Positions 39,916 through 52,561 of a DNA stretch of 64,000 nucleotides are shown piece by piece; position 1 is the stretch's first letter, and each line of letters begins with the position of its first letter. The position numbers and the translations under genes were made by a program. The DNA comes from the human T2T-CHM13v2.0 reference genome, Homo sapiens: assembly GCF_009914755.1 (NCBI RefSeq), contig NC_060928.1; one strand, given 5' to 3'. Under the pieces are notes generated by a model, which saw nothing but the letters and a program-made list of their open reading frames with translations, had not been told where the DNA came from and ran no database searches.

Positions 39916-42215
39916 TAAGGATATGGAGAAAGATGTTAGGTTTTTTCCTTGTGTGGACAATATTTAAAATTATTATATTTGGAGAGATAACTAGAATACT
40001 CCTGCCAACTTAACTATGACCCATTGAATTGCTCTGAATTATAAATCAGATACTCTGAATTAGCACTTCACTGCCATTTTTAAATCTATAGCATTTATAT
40101 AAGTTAATAACTGCTGTAGAGCATACTACTCATGGCTGAAAAAAGTGACCTGATGATTCGAGCTATCTAAGACCCACGTGATGTCTAACAGCACTAAGGA
40201 TCAAGCTATCACCTCTCCCTTTACACATTTTTCACACCAGTGTGCTAGAGCAGATACCTGAAAAGTTTTCCCTAAGCCAGAGATCATTCTGACAAGGCAT
40301 ATGGAACAATGGAAATGTCAACATGCTTTCAAGACAAGTAACAGTAATCCTGGCTCTTAACTTGCTTTAATAATAATGAATTCTTTTATCAAGTCCTGAG
40401 GAATGAGGGCTTCCTCAGGGTGCTGTATTTCCAGGTGCTTATCAGAATTTTTCTTTGCTGATAAGAACAATTGTTGCAGCATGCTTTGCTATTCATATAC
40501 AGAAAGACAAGAAATTTATATTCTAATAATAGAACACAAGTCCATCTCTTGCATCTGATTTAGCCAGATTAAGTCACCTTTCCACCAATATCAATCTGGA
40601 AGTGATATCATGAATTAAATGGTGTCAACCTGGGGTTTCTATTATATCTCGACAAAGGAAAAGAAGTTGCCATCATTGGCAAGGTACATGCAGGGTACAT
40701 CTCTGTTTCGGGAGGTGGGATGAGATTTCCTTGATTCTCCTACACTGCAGAGGGTAGAGGGAGGTATTTATATAATACACGGAATTTTAATTGAAGAAGC
40801 AAAGAGGAATGGATTAATGGGATTAATAGTGTTTATCCAATACAAGATGAAAAACAACATATTATTGTTTGTATTGTGATGGTTCTAGAATAAAACACAT
40901 CATTTCTCTAATTTTGGTTAGATCTTTGCTGAAAGAAAAAGATAAATAAAATATCCTACAGTTTATCCATATCCATGTTCCTCTACACTAAATATTCATC
41001 TTTGATTAGTTATTTTTAACTAGATTTGATTTCTTTATAAATTACCTTTTGAAACTTTAAACACATAAAGATGTTGTTTCCCCTTAAAGGATTTTTGTTT
41101 TCCTTTCTTTTGTTTTTTTTTAATCTAAAACTTTCTTTCAAAAACAATGACTTTCATAAACTTGCAACTTGTTAAATATAGTATTTTTATTAACATTCTA
41201 GTTTGTAACACAAGGCAAAACCTAAACATTTACCATTTATAAATAATGGGTAATACTGTTTCAACTTAACCTTGAAAATGTAGAAAAAAAAATTGAGTCC
41301 AGTCTGATAGCAGCCAAAGGATCTCAGAAACAGTAATCTTAGTGCTAGCCTGGCAGACACAATCTGCACAGAACTTAATCAAAATAAGATTAAAAGTCCA
41401 TAGCAATTTCCTTGTGTGGCCAGTCAGATATCCCCCATTACAGTCACCAACCAGCCTGCCCCTGGGGCCTATTTCAGAAATAAATTGGTTTGTAGATGAG
41501 CTGATGCAGAAGAAGGAAAAAAAAAATGTTTTCTTGAGACTGTACCTAAATCTTATCGAGTAATACAGGGAAGCTTCAAAGTCTTTTTATTCTGAAATGT
41601 TATTTTATTCTGCTTTATATCATCTTAAATTTATTAGTATTATATTAAATATTAGTTTATGTAAGCTTATTATTTGACTCTGTATAGGATATAATAGATG
41701 GCATTGAATATTTAATAAGATAGCAACAGCAATAACACCTGGGAAATTGTTCAGGGAAGGATTCTATTCAGTTATTAAAAGATTTGCATACTTATTTCGC
41801 TAATATTACTCAGCAATCACAAACACTGGGTAATGCTAGACAAATCTGCAAGAGGTACCGTTATTCCAGCACCTTAAAAACATTTTTCAATCTGAAAGAT
41901 ACTTCTAGATGTTTTTTTCCATAACAGAGCAGACGATTTCTAAGTGTTTATATCACTGAAACTTCACAGTATTAGTGGAATATGTTATCCTTTATACCAA
42001 AAGTAATGAGATTATTTTATAAAGCAATTATCAATTAAAAATAGATTACTAAGAACATACTGTATAAAATGCCTTATGGGCTATTAATTCTGCATGCATT
42101 GCCACATTTGATTGTCTCAAAAAACCTCCTGAAATATGTATTCTTAACACACTTTTATTGAGAAGAACATTATGAGTAATAAAAGTTAAAAGATTTTCCC
42201 AAAGATGTACAAGTA

Positions 42216-42806
42216 AAACAGGTCCTCAGATAAAGTTGTTCTGTTCAATGTTGTTTTGCTATAATGTAGATGAGAATAAATATCGATTCCTGGACAGGGC
42301 TACCGTCTGTGTAGGGTCCGCATGTTCTCCCCATGCCTGCATGGGTTTTCTCCAGGAACTCCTGCTTCCTCTCACATCCCCAAGATGTGCATGTCTGGTT
42401 AATTGGCATGTCCCCACTGTGTGTCCCAATGTGAGTGAATGTGGTCATGCCCTGCCATGGAATAGTATCCTGTGCAGAGTTTGTTCCTGCATTGCATGCT
42501 GAGTAAGAATAGGCTCTTGCCACCCGGGACTCTGAACTGGATTAATTGGGTAAATAATCATCTTACTTGTTTTTATTACTCTTTTAAAAAATGTATATAT
42601 ACCTCACACTTATTTCAATGTTGAATGTTATAAGTGTTTTAGTCTTCATTTAGAAGTACAGTGATAATATTGTGACCAGAAATACGCAGTAGGAACTTAA
42701 CTCTTGTTGTATCAATTGGCCTATGGTAAAATTTGTTTCATTGTTCACCGTTTTGCTTATAGTTGCAGTTTCCAATAATCTACTGACATTAAATGTGGAC
42801 TTACTA
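42216..42806 (+). mobile_element. MER6A (TcMar-Tigger MITE), near full length
   Basis: CAGGTCCTCAGATAA start; internal CATGTTCTCCCCATGCCTGCATGGGTTTTCTCC; TGTGACCAGAAATA; ends GGACTTACT. Confidence 0.88.
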
Positions 42807-42960
42807 TGTAAACAATAGCAAGGATCCTAAATCCTAGGTTATATCTAAGTTTAAATGGCTTGACACCATGTCAGAATTGCCTCATGAGCATGCTCTTATA
42901 AGTGTTTCATTTTTTAAAACTGTGCAAACTGAATTTTGCATGAGAATTACCATTAAAAAA

Positions 42961-43085
42961 ATTTTTGTTACAGATAGGATCTTGCTATGTTGCCCAGGTT
43001 GACCTTGAAGTTCTGGGTTCGAATGATCCTTTTGCCTCAGCGTCCAGTGTACCTGGGACTACAACTGTGTGCCACCACACCCAGG
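42961..43085 (-). mobile_element. FLAM (free left Alu monomer)
   Basis: Single monomer TCTTGCTATGTTGCCCAGG..GATCCTTTTGCCTCAGC..CTGGGACTACA..GCCACCACACCCAG. Confidence 0.8.
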
Positions 43086-43257
43086 GCTGCAGGAAAAGTT
43101 GTTACGTAAAGCAGTGATTTATGAAAATAAGACTTAATTTGGGCCACATAGAAAATGTAAACAAAAAGAGTTGCTCAACATAAAACTTACTCAAGTCACA
43201 ATTTACCTCTGACATGACATATTTCCATCCACTTCAGAAAAAAAAAATGTGTATACC

Positions 43258-43533
43258 TTTTTATTTCTTTTTTTCTTTTCTTCCCTTTTTTTTTTTTTTT
43301 TTTGAGACGGGCCAGAGTGCAGTCACAGCTCACTGCACCTTTGAACTCCTGGGCTAAAGTAATCTTCCTTTCTCAGCCTCCTGAGTAGTTCGACCTAAGT
43401 CATGCACCACCGTGTCTGGATGATTTTTAACATTTTTTTGTGGAGATGGAGTCTCACTATGTTGCCCAGGCTGGTCTTGAACTTCTGGCCACATGCTATC
43501 CTCCCACCTCGGCCCCCCAAAGTACTTGGATTA
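43258..43533 (-). mobile_element. AluJ with internal deletions
   Basis: Long T tail, ACAGCTCACTGCA..GAACTCCTGGGCT, TCACTATGTTGCCCAGGCTGGTCTTGAAC. Confidence 0.88.
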
Positions 43534-45579
43534 TTGGCTCAAGTACTTAGATATATTAACCAGGATCTCAGAGAGCTTGATTTTGTAAGTTTGAGTTAGC
43601 ATGTAATAACTGCAGTTGATTTTGATGCATGTATTTAATGAGAATCATTGCTTTAGACTATATGATATTTGAAACAAAAGAGCAATAGGACTGCATGGCA
43701 CAATATAAAGTCTGTTATGATATAGTGACTTTCATATATTCTAATTAAAATTATAATATTAAAAGCTAAAAATGACAAGACAATTGTTAGAAATCATATC
43801 ACGACAGCATAATCATGTATCCACAAGTGATTGATACAATAACATGAACTGACATTTTGCTACAATATTAATCAGTTGATACATGTTTTTAGGTTTCAGT
43901 TAACTGGTTAATCATAAAATATTATATAAAATATTATCAAATTGTTGTGTAAGTCATCTCACTGTATTCTAAAATTTATGTTATTTTATATTTCTAATCT
44001 GTGTTTTGCAGAGATCATGAAAATTTTAACTGGGTAACTGAAGAAGAATTGTCCCAAGGACTTGAATAAATGTTAATGTTCATAACAGTATGTTCTAAAA
44101 AGAAATTTAAGTAAAAAAGGAAAAAACATATTTCATTTTAAAAATATCTACCCATGCACATCATTCATCTAAAAAACCCATTTAACATAATCATCTAGTT
44201 ATGTAAAGATATACCCAATAGCTACTTAAAATAGAAATATTCTATTTCATTATTAGAAATTATTATTTTAAAAGGTTGTTAAAACATCAAAAATTTGCTT
44301 ATTTCTAGTAACCAGAGGACACAGCAGGGTTATGAAACCTTGGATTCCTGTTTGGTTTGGCAGGTAACTAGATTAACAAAAATACGAGGTTTTGAGTTTC
44401 AAAACACAACAGCTTATTTAAAAAATACTTGGTGGGGATCTGGCAATTGAGAGACCTTAGTAGCATAATCACTGGTCTTCACAATCACTGCCAGGTACTC
44501 TTTCAAACTAGCTGGAATAACTGCAAAACACATCATCAACCCAGCTTTTTTTGCTGGACCTGGGCATATATAAACTGATTAGATTTAAAAATAAAAAAAT
44601 TAGAATTTTTTCAGTTGTGTTTGAAGAGGTGAACCCTTGGACTCAAAATCTCTCAAAAGTCCTGTCTTTCACTTCAGAATCTGAGTTAATTTGCACAGGA
44701 ATATACTTCTGTGTTTCAATAAACACATGTAATTTTTCTGTTTACATCTTGCAAGTAATGACAGCTTTGTTCTCAAACCAATTTTGTTTTTTATAGATTT
44801 TACCCTGATACAATATGAAGAGACAATTACATGATCTGTGTAGAAATTCTTCCTCTAAACTAAATTATACTACCTTAGCAATCTGACATGAAAGTACCAA
44901 AACTATGTAAATTGACCCCACCAAGAAAATTATTACATAAAACAGTGATTCATGGAAATAAGACTTGATTTGGGCAACATAGAAAGTATTAAAACTAAAA
45001 AGGAGTTGCTTGAGATAAAATTTACCCAAGTGACAATTTTACCTGTGACAAACATATTTCCATCCACTGCAGAAACAAATATGTTTAGTTTATTAAAGTA
45101 TATGTTTAACAGCAAAAAATAAATAGAATAAATTTATTATCCCTATCCAGTGATAAACACAATTTTAAAATAAAAATAAAAACATCCTGCTTATATTTGC
45201 TATACTATTTCATGCATTAGGCTAAGATATATGGTTATTTCCATGCTTTCAGGATGTGTTTAACAAATCTCTTATACATTTTCCTATTGTTGTCATTTTA
45301 ATATCTTGAGTATAATATTAAATAAACATTTCTACAAATAATTTGAACCTCAAAGTTTCATAAACATCTATCCTTCAATATTTAGGCCTAAAAAGTAATC
45401 TCCATTATCTATCAAATTCTAAATTTGAACTTATTATTGTTTACTCCTACTTTTTAATTATTACTTTGGTTAAAGATACTTCATGATATTATTAAGTTCC
45501 TTAACTAATAATGTATATGGCTGTATTACATTCATTTATCCATCAAAACTAACTTTGAGCTACTACGAAATATAATTCA

Positions 45580-45735
45580 AATCATTCATATAATATCTAA
45601 TGAATCATTATTGTAATGCAAAGCACTATACTAGGTTTCATAAGTGATACAAAAACAAGTGCAACTGCCTCAGTAACCAACACATTTGCAGTCTAATAGA
45701 GGAAAACAAGCCCTGTTATAAGAATAATTATAGTA
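45580..45735 (-). mobile_element. L2 3' end fragment
   Basis: TCATTCA..TAATGAATC..AAGCACTATACTAGG..TTGCAGTCTAATAGAGG. Confidence 0.5.
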
Positions 45736-46585
45736 AAAGGCTATATAAAATACAATCCATTTTGACACACACCTTCAACTCTATTTGCTAACTCTCATTT
45801 TCACTCTTTAGTTTATTTTTAGATTAAATAGTTATTTTCACAAATCAGTCTGAGGACAGAGTTTTTTGTTTTGTTTTTTTGTGAGTCATCAGCACTATGC
45901 AATTGCATATACCTGTTGTGTTTGGTCTACAGAGGCTAAACATTATGTAATAGTTTTTATGCATTTTGTTCATAGGTTACTGGGTGCTTTAAGGCAAAAC
46001 TGAATGAGTTTCCAATAGTCAGTACAAAACTACGAGAAATACAGACACAAAGTGCCTGGGGTTATCCTCAAATGAAGTTAGATTTGAATTGCATTCAATA
46101 ACCTTTTTTACAATGTGTAGATGCTCAAAGCAAATACAATAGTTTCTCTTTGCCTCTGTGACTTGAGTTCATAGTGCTGTGTTTAAATATAACTTTTGTA
46201 ATGTCTACTTCACTGAAGTAACTTTTAAAAAATTTGACTCATAATGATTTTCTGTAATAACCTATGGTGCTTGGTTTGTAAAGTAAAACAGGAACTCAAT
46301 TTAGTACCTACTGAATAATAACATTTTTCAACTGAGATTCCACTCATAAAGCACCTAAATTTTTAAAGTTAAAACACATTATATTGACATTAAATTTAAA
46401 AAGAATAAACAAGTTAGAGAAGAAATAAAAAAAAAAAACTTCGGAGAATAAACTGCTTCCAAGTATACAAGTACTAAAGAGGCTACACACTGGTATGCTC
46501 ATTATAAATAAAAACATTCATTCATGTCATTTTATCTCATTACTACATATTTAAAATAATCTCTTATCATTATAGTAGGCCATCA

Positions 46586-47174
46586 TTTTCCAAATAGCAT
46601 CAAGAATCCTTATTTTGAAACAGTAATCAGATCATGCAGTTCTCCTGATCAGATCTCTTCACACTTTAGAATAAGATGCATATCTTCATTTTAGCTTTTA
46701 GACTTTTTTCTGATCTAGCTCTAGATTATTGTTTGACCTCATTTTTACTATTCTTCTCATTGCTCATTCAATTCAATTTCATGCATAATGATTTTTTGCT
46801 CTTTTTGGAATACACTTGCTTTTTGATTTCATTAGAGCCTGTAAACTTCCCTCTTCCTGAAATGTTCTTCCCCAAATTTATGTATAGCTTATTTTCTCTC
46901 TTTGTTCAGGGCTCAGTGTAATTGTAGATTGTTCTCTACCTTGAATATGTCTTACCCCTCATTTGACTGGTTTTCCTTCATACCAATTATTTGTATTCTA
47001 AAATATTTTATATTTTTCTGTTGACTTATTCACTGAGTTCCTTCCTCTAAAATGTAGCTTCATGAGGGCAGATATTTTGTTAAAACTGTATACTACTGTA
47101 TCACTAGAACTGAGAACAATGCCTGAACAGAGTAGCTACTCATGACTCATTGGCTAAAATAAGTTAATGAATGA
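46586..47174 (+). mobile_element. L2a 3' region
   Basis: AATCAGATCATG..TGATCTAGCT..AATGTTCTTCCCCA..AATGTAGCTTCATGAGGGCAG..AGAACAATGCCTG..AATGAATGA. Confidence 0.8.
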
Positions 47175-47524
47175 GAACAGGCAGGTAGAAAGCCAGGAAG
47201 GAAAGGAGGGTATTATATTAAGTTGAATGAGGGATTAAATGAATATAAATCAGCTGAAAGTAGTATAGGTTATGCAATATGCTTAATAAAGTATGTTTGT
47301 CTATTTTCGTTATGTAATCCAAAACCTGGCCAACCACAAAACTTGTTTTTTACTCACTTTCTCTTTCTTCCCTGTTTAGTGCAGCGTAAAATTAGTTATT
47401 GATTTTATCTCTTAACGCTCTGCCTCTATTAGTGAAAGGATCTTCTCTTATCATATTTCCAGTCCAAAGTTCAGTGGAAACTTTTTACCCTCTTACAGTC
47501 TATTTGAAATCCTTATATCATAAA

Positions 47525-48748
47525 CATACCAGCACTTATCACAGCACTATTCACAGTAGCAAAGATACTGAATCAACCTGAGTGTCCACCAATAGATGAT
47601 TTGATAAAGAAAATGTGAGATGGTACCATCTCACTCCAGTTAGAATGGCGATCATTAAAAAGTCAGAAAACAACAGATACTGGAGAGAATGTGGAGAAAT
47701 AGGAATGCTTTTACACTGTTGGTGGGAGTGTAAATTAGTTTAACCATTGTGGAAGACAGTGTGGCGATTCTTCAGGGATCTAGAACTAGAAATACCTTTT
47801 GACCCAGCAATCCCATTACTGGGTATATACCCAAAGGATTATAAATCATCCTATTCTGAAGACACATGCACACGTATGTTTATTGCAGCACTGTTCACAA
47901 TAGCAAAGACTTGGAACCAACTCAAATGCCCACCAATGATAGACTGGATAAAGAAAATGTGGCACATATACATCATGGAATACTATGCAGCCATAAAAAA
48001 TGATGAGTTCATGTCCTTTGCAGGGACATGAATGAAATTGGCAAACATCATTCTCAGCAAGCTAACACAAGAACGGAAAACCAAACACTGCATGCTCTCA
48101 CTCATAAGTGGGAGTTGAACAATGAGAATACATGGACACAAGGAGGGGAACATCACACTCCACAGCCTGTCAGAGGGTGAGGGGCTAGGGGAGGGATAGC
48201 ATTTAGAGAAAGACCTAATGTAGATGACAGGTTGATGAGTGCAGCAAACCACTATGGCACGTGTATACCTACATAACAAACCTGCAAGTTCTGCACATGT
48301 ACCCCAGAACTTAAAGTATAATAAAAAACATTTCCGCCTAAAAATAAGAAAATATGATGATATACACAATGGAATACAATTCAGCCTTTAAAAATAATAT
48401 ACTCATGAAACATGTATTTTGGAGCAGTTTGGATGGAACTGGAGGACATTATCTTAGATGAAAGTCAGACACAGAAAGACAGATACTGCGTGTTCTCATT
48501 TATAAATGGGAGGTAATTAATGCGTTCACATGGACATAGAGTGTGCAATGATAGAGACTTGGACATGAAGACTTGGAACGGTTGCGGGAGAGTGAGAGGC
48601 GAGTAAATGATAAGAAATTACTTAATGAGTACAAGGTATGCTTTTCAGGTGATGAATATGCTGAACGTCCTGACTTCACTATGCAACCTATGGATGTAAC
48701 AAAATTACAATTGCACTCCATAAATTTATAGAAATAAAATAAAATAAA
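47525..48748 (+). mobile_element. L1PB4-like 3' end, split by a younger L1PA
   Basis: CACAGCACTATTCACAGTAGCAAAGATA..GATAAAGAAAATGTG, resuming at 48346; GAAATTACTTAATGAGTACA..GACTTCACT..ATGTAACAAAAT..TAAATTTATA.AAATAAAA. Confidence 0.85.
47623..48328 (+). mobile_element. 5'-truncated L1PA6/7-like element (ORF2 C-terminus and 3' UTR)
   Basis: ORF 47747-48031 is the L1 ORF2 C-terminus (ELEIPFDPAIPLLGIYPKDYKS); 3' UTR GGGGCTAGGGGAGGGATAGCAT..CCCAGAACTTAAAGTATAATAAAAAA. Confidence 0.95.
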
Positions 48749-50411
48749 TTACATTTTAATAGAGACACTATCAGAGAAATACACCAAAATGACTGGACTG
48801 AATTGGAAATGGAAAAGGTAGAAATCTCATTTTCTCTTCAGAGACTATTGCAAATTTGTGTGTATGTAATACACTAATCACATCAGATGCCACTTTTAAG
48901 TACATATTTTCCTCCACTGTGTAGATTTGTTTCAATACGGAAAAATTTCAGAACATATGTAATCAATACAAAGCTATTCTCAGTAATTTATTTTCATTCC
49001 ATGCCATGTTACTTCGGTTTACATTTACTACCTTAGAAAACATTATGTACAAAAACTTTTCTTTCTTATAGTGAATTAAATCTCCAACTGCTTTGTTTTT
49101 ATTTTAAGAAAGTAAATATTATGACATAAATGTTTGCAATGTTTTTGTTTAAATAAAGTATTTCTAGATTTCTCTTAATTCATAGTTACGTTGGTTTCTT
49201 TATTGATGTTCAAACACAGACTTTTAAAAATTCATATTTTTTTCAAAATGTGTGACTATTTACTTTCTAGTTCAATTTAAAAAGCATTTACCATAAAAAT
49301 GGCAGTATCTTTTTGTACAGATGCTACCTCTGAATCAAAGCCTCTCAGCAACTGGCAACAGGAAGCTCTAATGCACTTTATCCCTAATAGTTATAAAATA
49401 CGCAATCATCTGAAATCACATACTGATTTCCACTTCTTTTCTAACTACGGTTATATGTAAATATTTCACTTTCAAAAATAGATCTTGCCTTTTTATTTAG
49501 TTTTTTTTTCTCCTTGGCTTAGAAATAGTTTTTATGAAGTATTCAAATACAAACATAGTCTCTAAAAGCAAAGTATGGTTCTTTGTCAGCCAAAACACTT
49601 TCCCCTAAGCATTTCATTAGTTACATAAGTGATAAATGTTTTTCTGAATGGCAATTTACCTAAAGTGTTTCAAAATTAGGTGACCATTTGTGCTTTCCAA
49701 ACCATACAGAACTTTATATTTATTCCTGGGTAAATCACCCATTTCCTTGTTCATCAAGATCAGGTGAAATGATATCCATATGAGATAATTAATTCCTCTG
49801 CTCTCTATTTTATTATACTTAGTTATTCATCTAAAATAAATATCTACTATAACAAGTAAAATATATAATAGTGTAGAAGACAACAAGTGTATGTGTTTGC
49901 AGTATGTGTAATAGAGTTAAATATATCTAAATATAGTATGTCTGTATTAAGGCAATGAACATCAATTTTAGCTAATCACCCTCATTAAAGCAAAGGGCAC
50001 TACCATATGTGACATAGTTATCATTGACAGTCTGATAAATCTTGTAGCTGAGGTAATGGACAGGGAAGAGTTTGTGATAGTGAAATTTGTAGAACTAAGA
50101 TCAAATTACCAAATACATAGGCACTATTAAACAAATTCTCATCAATTACTTCAAAAATATTGTAACTTCTATTTAATATTTCTTGTTTTTAATCTTAAAA
50201 ACTCTACATTGAGTAGAATTTGAAATAGCAGTAAATTTCAGGTTAATGGAAATAAAATCACACTTGTTATTATTGTTCAATTTTTTTATTAAGTCTGAAG
50301 AAATATTTAATTGAATATGACATCTAAGAATGATGGACAAAAGCTTTTTAAATTTTCTTTCCACTCCTTTTTCTGAAAGCTTTGATACAAAAAATCATTT
50401 GACACAAATGA

Positions 50412-50670
50412 TTTTTTTTTTTTCTGACAGGATCTTACTATGTTGCCCAGGCTGAAGTGCAGTGTGCTCATGCAATCTTCCCATCTCAGCCTCCTGAGTA
50501 GCTGGGACTACAGGCACATGCCACCATGCCCAGCTAATTTTTGTATCTTTAGTAGAAACAAGGTTTTGCCACATTGCCCAGGCTGGTCTCCAACTCGTGG
50601 GCTGAAGTGATCTGCCCACCTTGGCCTCCCAGTGTTCTGGGATTACAGGAGCGAGCCACTGTACCCGGCT
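50412..50670 (-). mobile_element. AluJb-like with right-arm deletion
   Basis: Alu body; TSD GACACAAATGATTT (50401) / GATGCAAATGATTT (50671). Confidence 0.9.
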
Positions 50671-51149
50671 GATGCAAATGATTTCTATTATTAATATCTT
50701 GCAGTTATTCTTCCATCAGATAACCATCAAAGTCAAAATAAAGATTATTAGTTACTGAAGGACTGAAAAATGAAAAATCATCTTCATCAGATGCCTTACA
50801 AACAAATGTTCTCTTTTAATATTTGACTCAGTAAAAGTTTTTTAAGAAAAGTAAGTTTGTGTTTTTATTGGTGTATATAGTCCCAGTGCTTAAATTTATC
50901 AGGATAGAACTTTTCTAAACTAGGTTAGTCTTTTTTCCATATCTATGGTTGAACACTTCAGTTAAATAAAGCAATGGTAGATAGCAAACTATGTTATAAT
51001 TGGCATTTTGGACACTTGTTGCAATTAATTGCCAAAAAAAGCATATCTCACCACAATTGAGCTCTCATTTTTCCACTCTCATTTATTTCCCTTCACTTTC
51101 TTCTTGGCTTCTGCAAAAGCATTTGTTTTTCCTTTTTCTTTCTTCTTTA

Positions 51150-51665
51150 AAAAAATATATTTGAAGAGATTTATTCTAAGCCAAATATGAGTAACCATGG
51201 CCAGTGACACAGCACTCAGGAGGTCCTGAGAACATGTGCCCAAGGTGGTTGGGATGCAGCTTGCTTTTATACATTTTAGAGAGGCATGAGACATCAATTA
51301 ACTACACTTAAGAAATACATCAGTTTGATCCAGAAAGGTGGACAACTCAAAGCAGAGGGAGTGGGGGTGGGAGGGGTTGGGGGTGGCAGGGGGGTTGGGG
51401 GATGGGAGGGTATTGAGGTTTGGGGGTTGGTTCCAGGCTATAGGTGAATTTAAACATTTTCTGGTTGATAATTGGTTGAGTTTGTTTCAAGACCTGGGAT
51501 TGATAGAAAGGGAATGTTCAGGTTAAGATAAAAGATTGTGGAGACCAAGGTTCTTTTGAAATCTTACAGTGGCTGCCCTTAGAGATAATAAATGACAAGT
51601 GTTTCCTATTCAGGTCTTTAAAAGGTACTAGACTTTTAGTTAATCTCTTTAGGACTGGGAGGGCC
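51150..51665 (-). mobile_element. MER4-family LTR (MER4B/D-like), partial
   Basis: GAAGAGATTTATTCTAAGCCAAATATGAG..CTCAGGAGGTCCTGAGAACATGTGCCCAAGGTGG..TTTATACATTTTAG..GTGGAGACCAAGGTTCTT. Confidence 0.88.
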
Positions 51666-51799
51666 GTTTTTTCATATTATAATTTATCTCCTTCATGTCT
51701 GTAACAAAGATAGGAATCGCTATAAAGTGTCTTCCCAGTTTCTGCCTAACCACATCCCTGGATTTCCTGGCCCCTGGCTTGGCATATGTTTGGGGTTAG

Positions 51800-52240
51800 C
51801 CTTCTCCCACTGCTAATTTGTATGCCATAAGATGGTTGTTTTGTTCCTCAGTACATTTATGTCAGATGTAATTGTTACTGTAGTAAACAACTATTGTGTA
51901 AAACAATGATAAGTGAGTGTGAAAGTAAAAAAACAAATCAGAAAATAAAGCAGAATGTAAATAATTGATAAAGACAAGTTCTGAAAAAATGTCAAATTGG
52001 ATTTAGGAGTCAGACACCTGTAAGAGGTTTATTTGAGGGGCTAAGCGTGCTGGTATTTACACACACATTACTTCTTGTGTCTCTTCAATTTATTGGTTCA
52101 TTTCAAAAAACCAAAGCTAAAAATCATAAAATATTCATTATGTAAAAAGAAACAATGTTCAATGAATCCATACATACATACTGAAGACCTTTGTCGGATA
52201 GTTGACAAGTATATTTGCATATATGTTTTCCAAGGTAAAA
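51800..52240 (+). mobile_element. Tigger15a-like fragment (decayed pogo/CENP-B-type N-terminus)
   Basis: GAGTGTGAAA..TGATAAAGACAAG..TTAGGAGTCAGACACCTGTAA..AAAAAACCAAAGCTAAAAATCATA similar to the recalled consensus. Confidence 0.5.
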
Positions 52241-52250
52241 GAAAATTTGT

Positions 52251-52561
<311 letters not shown>

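Noticed and set aside
47747-48031. 94-aa ORF with strong protein-like character
   Set aside because: It is the C-terminus of L1 ORF2 in a 5'-truncated copy with no promoter
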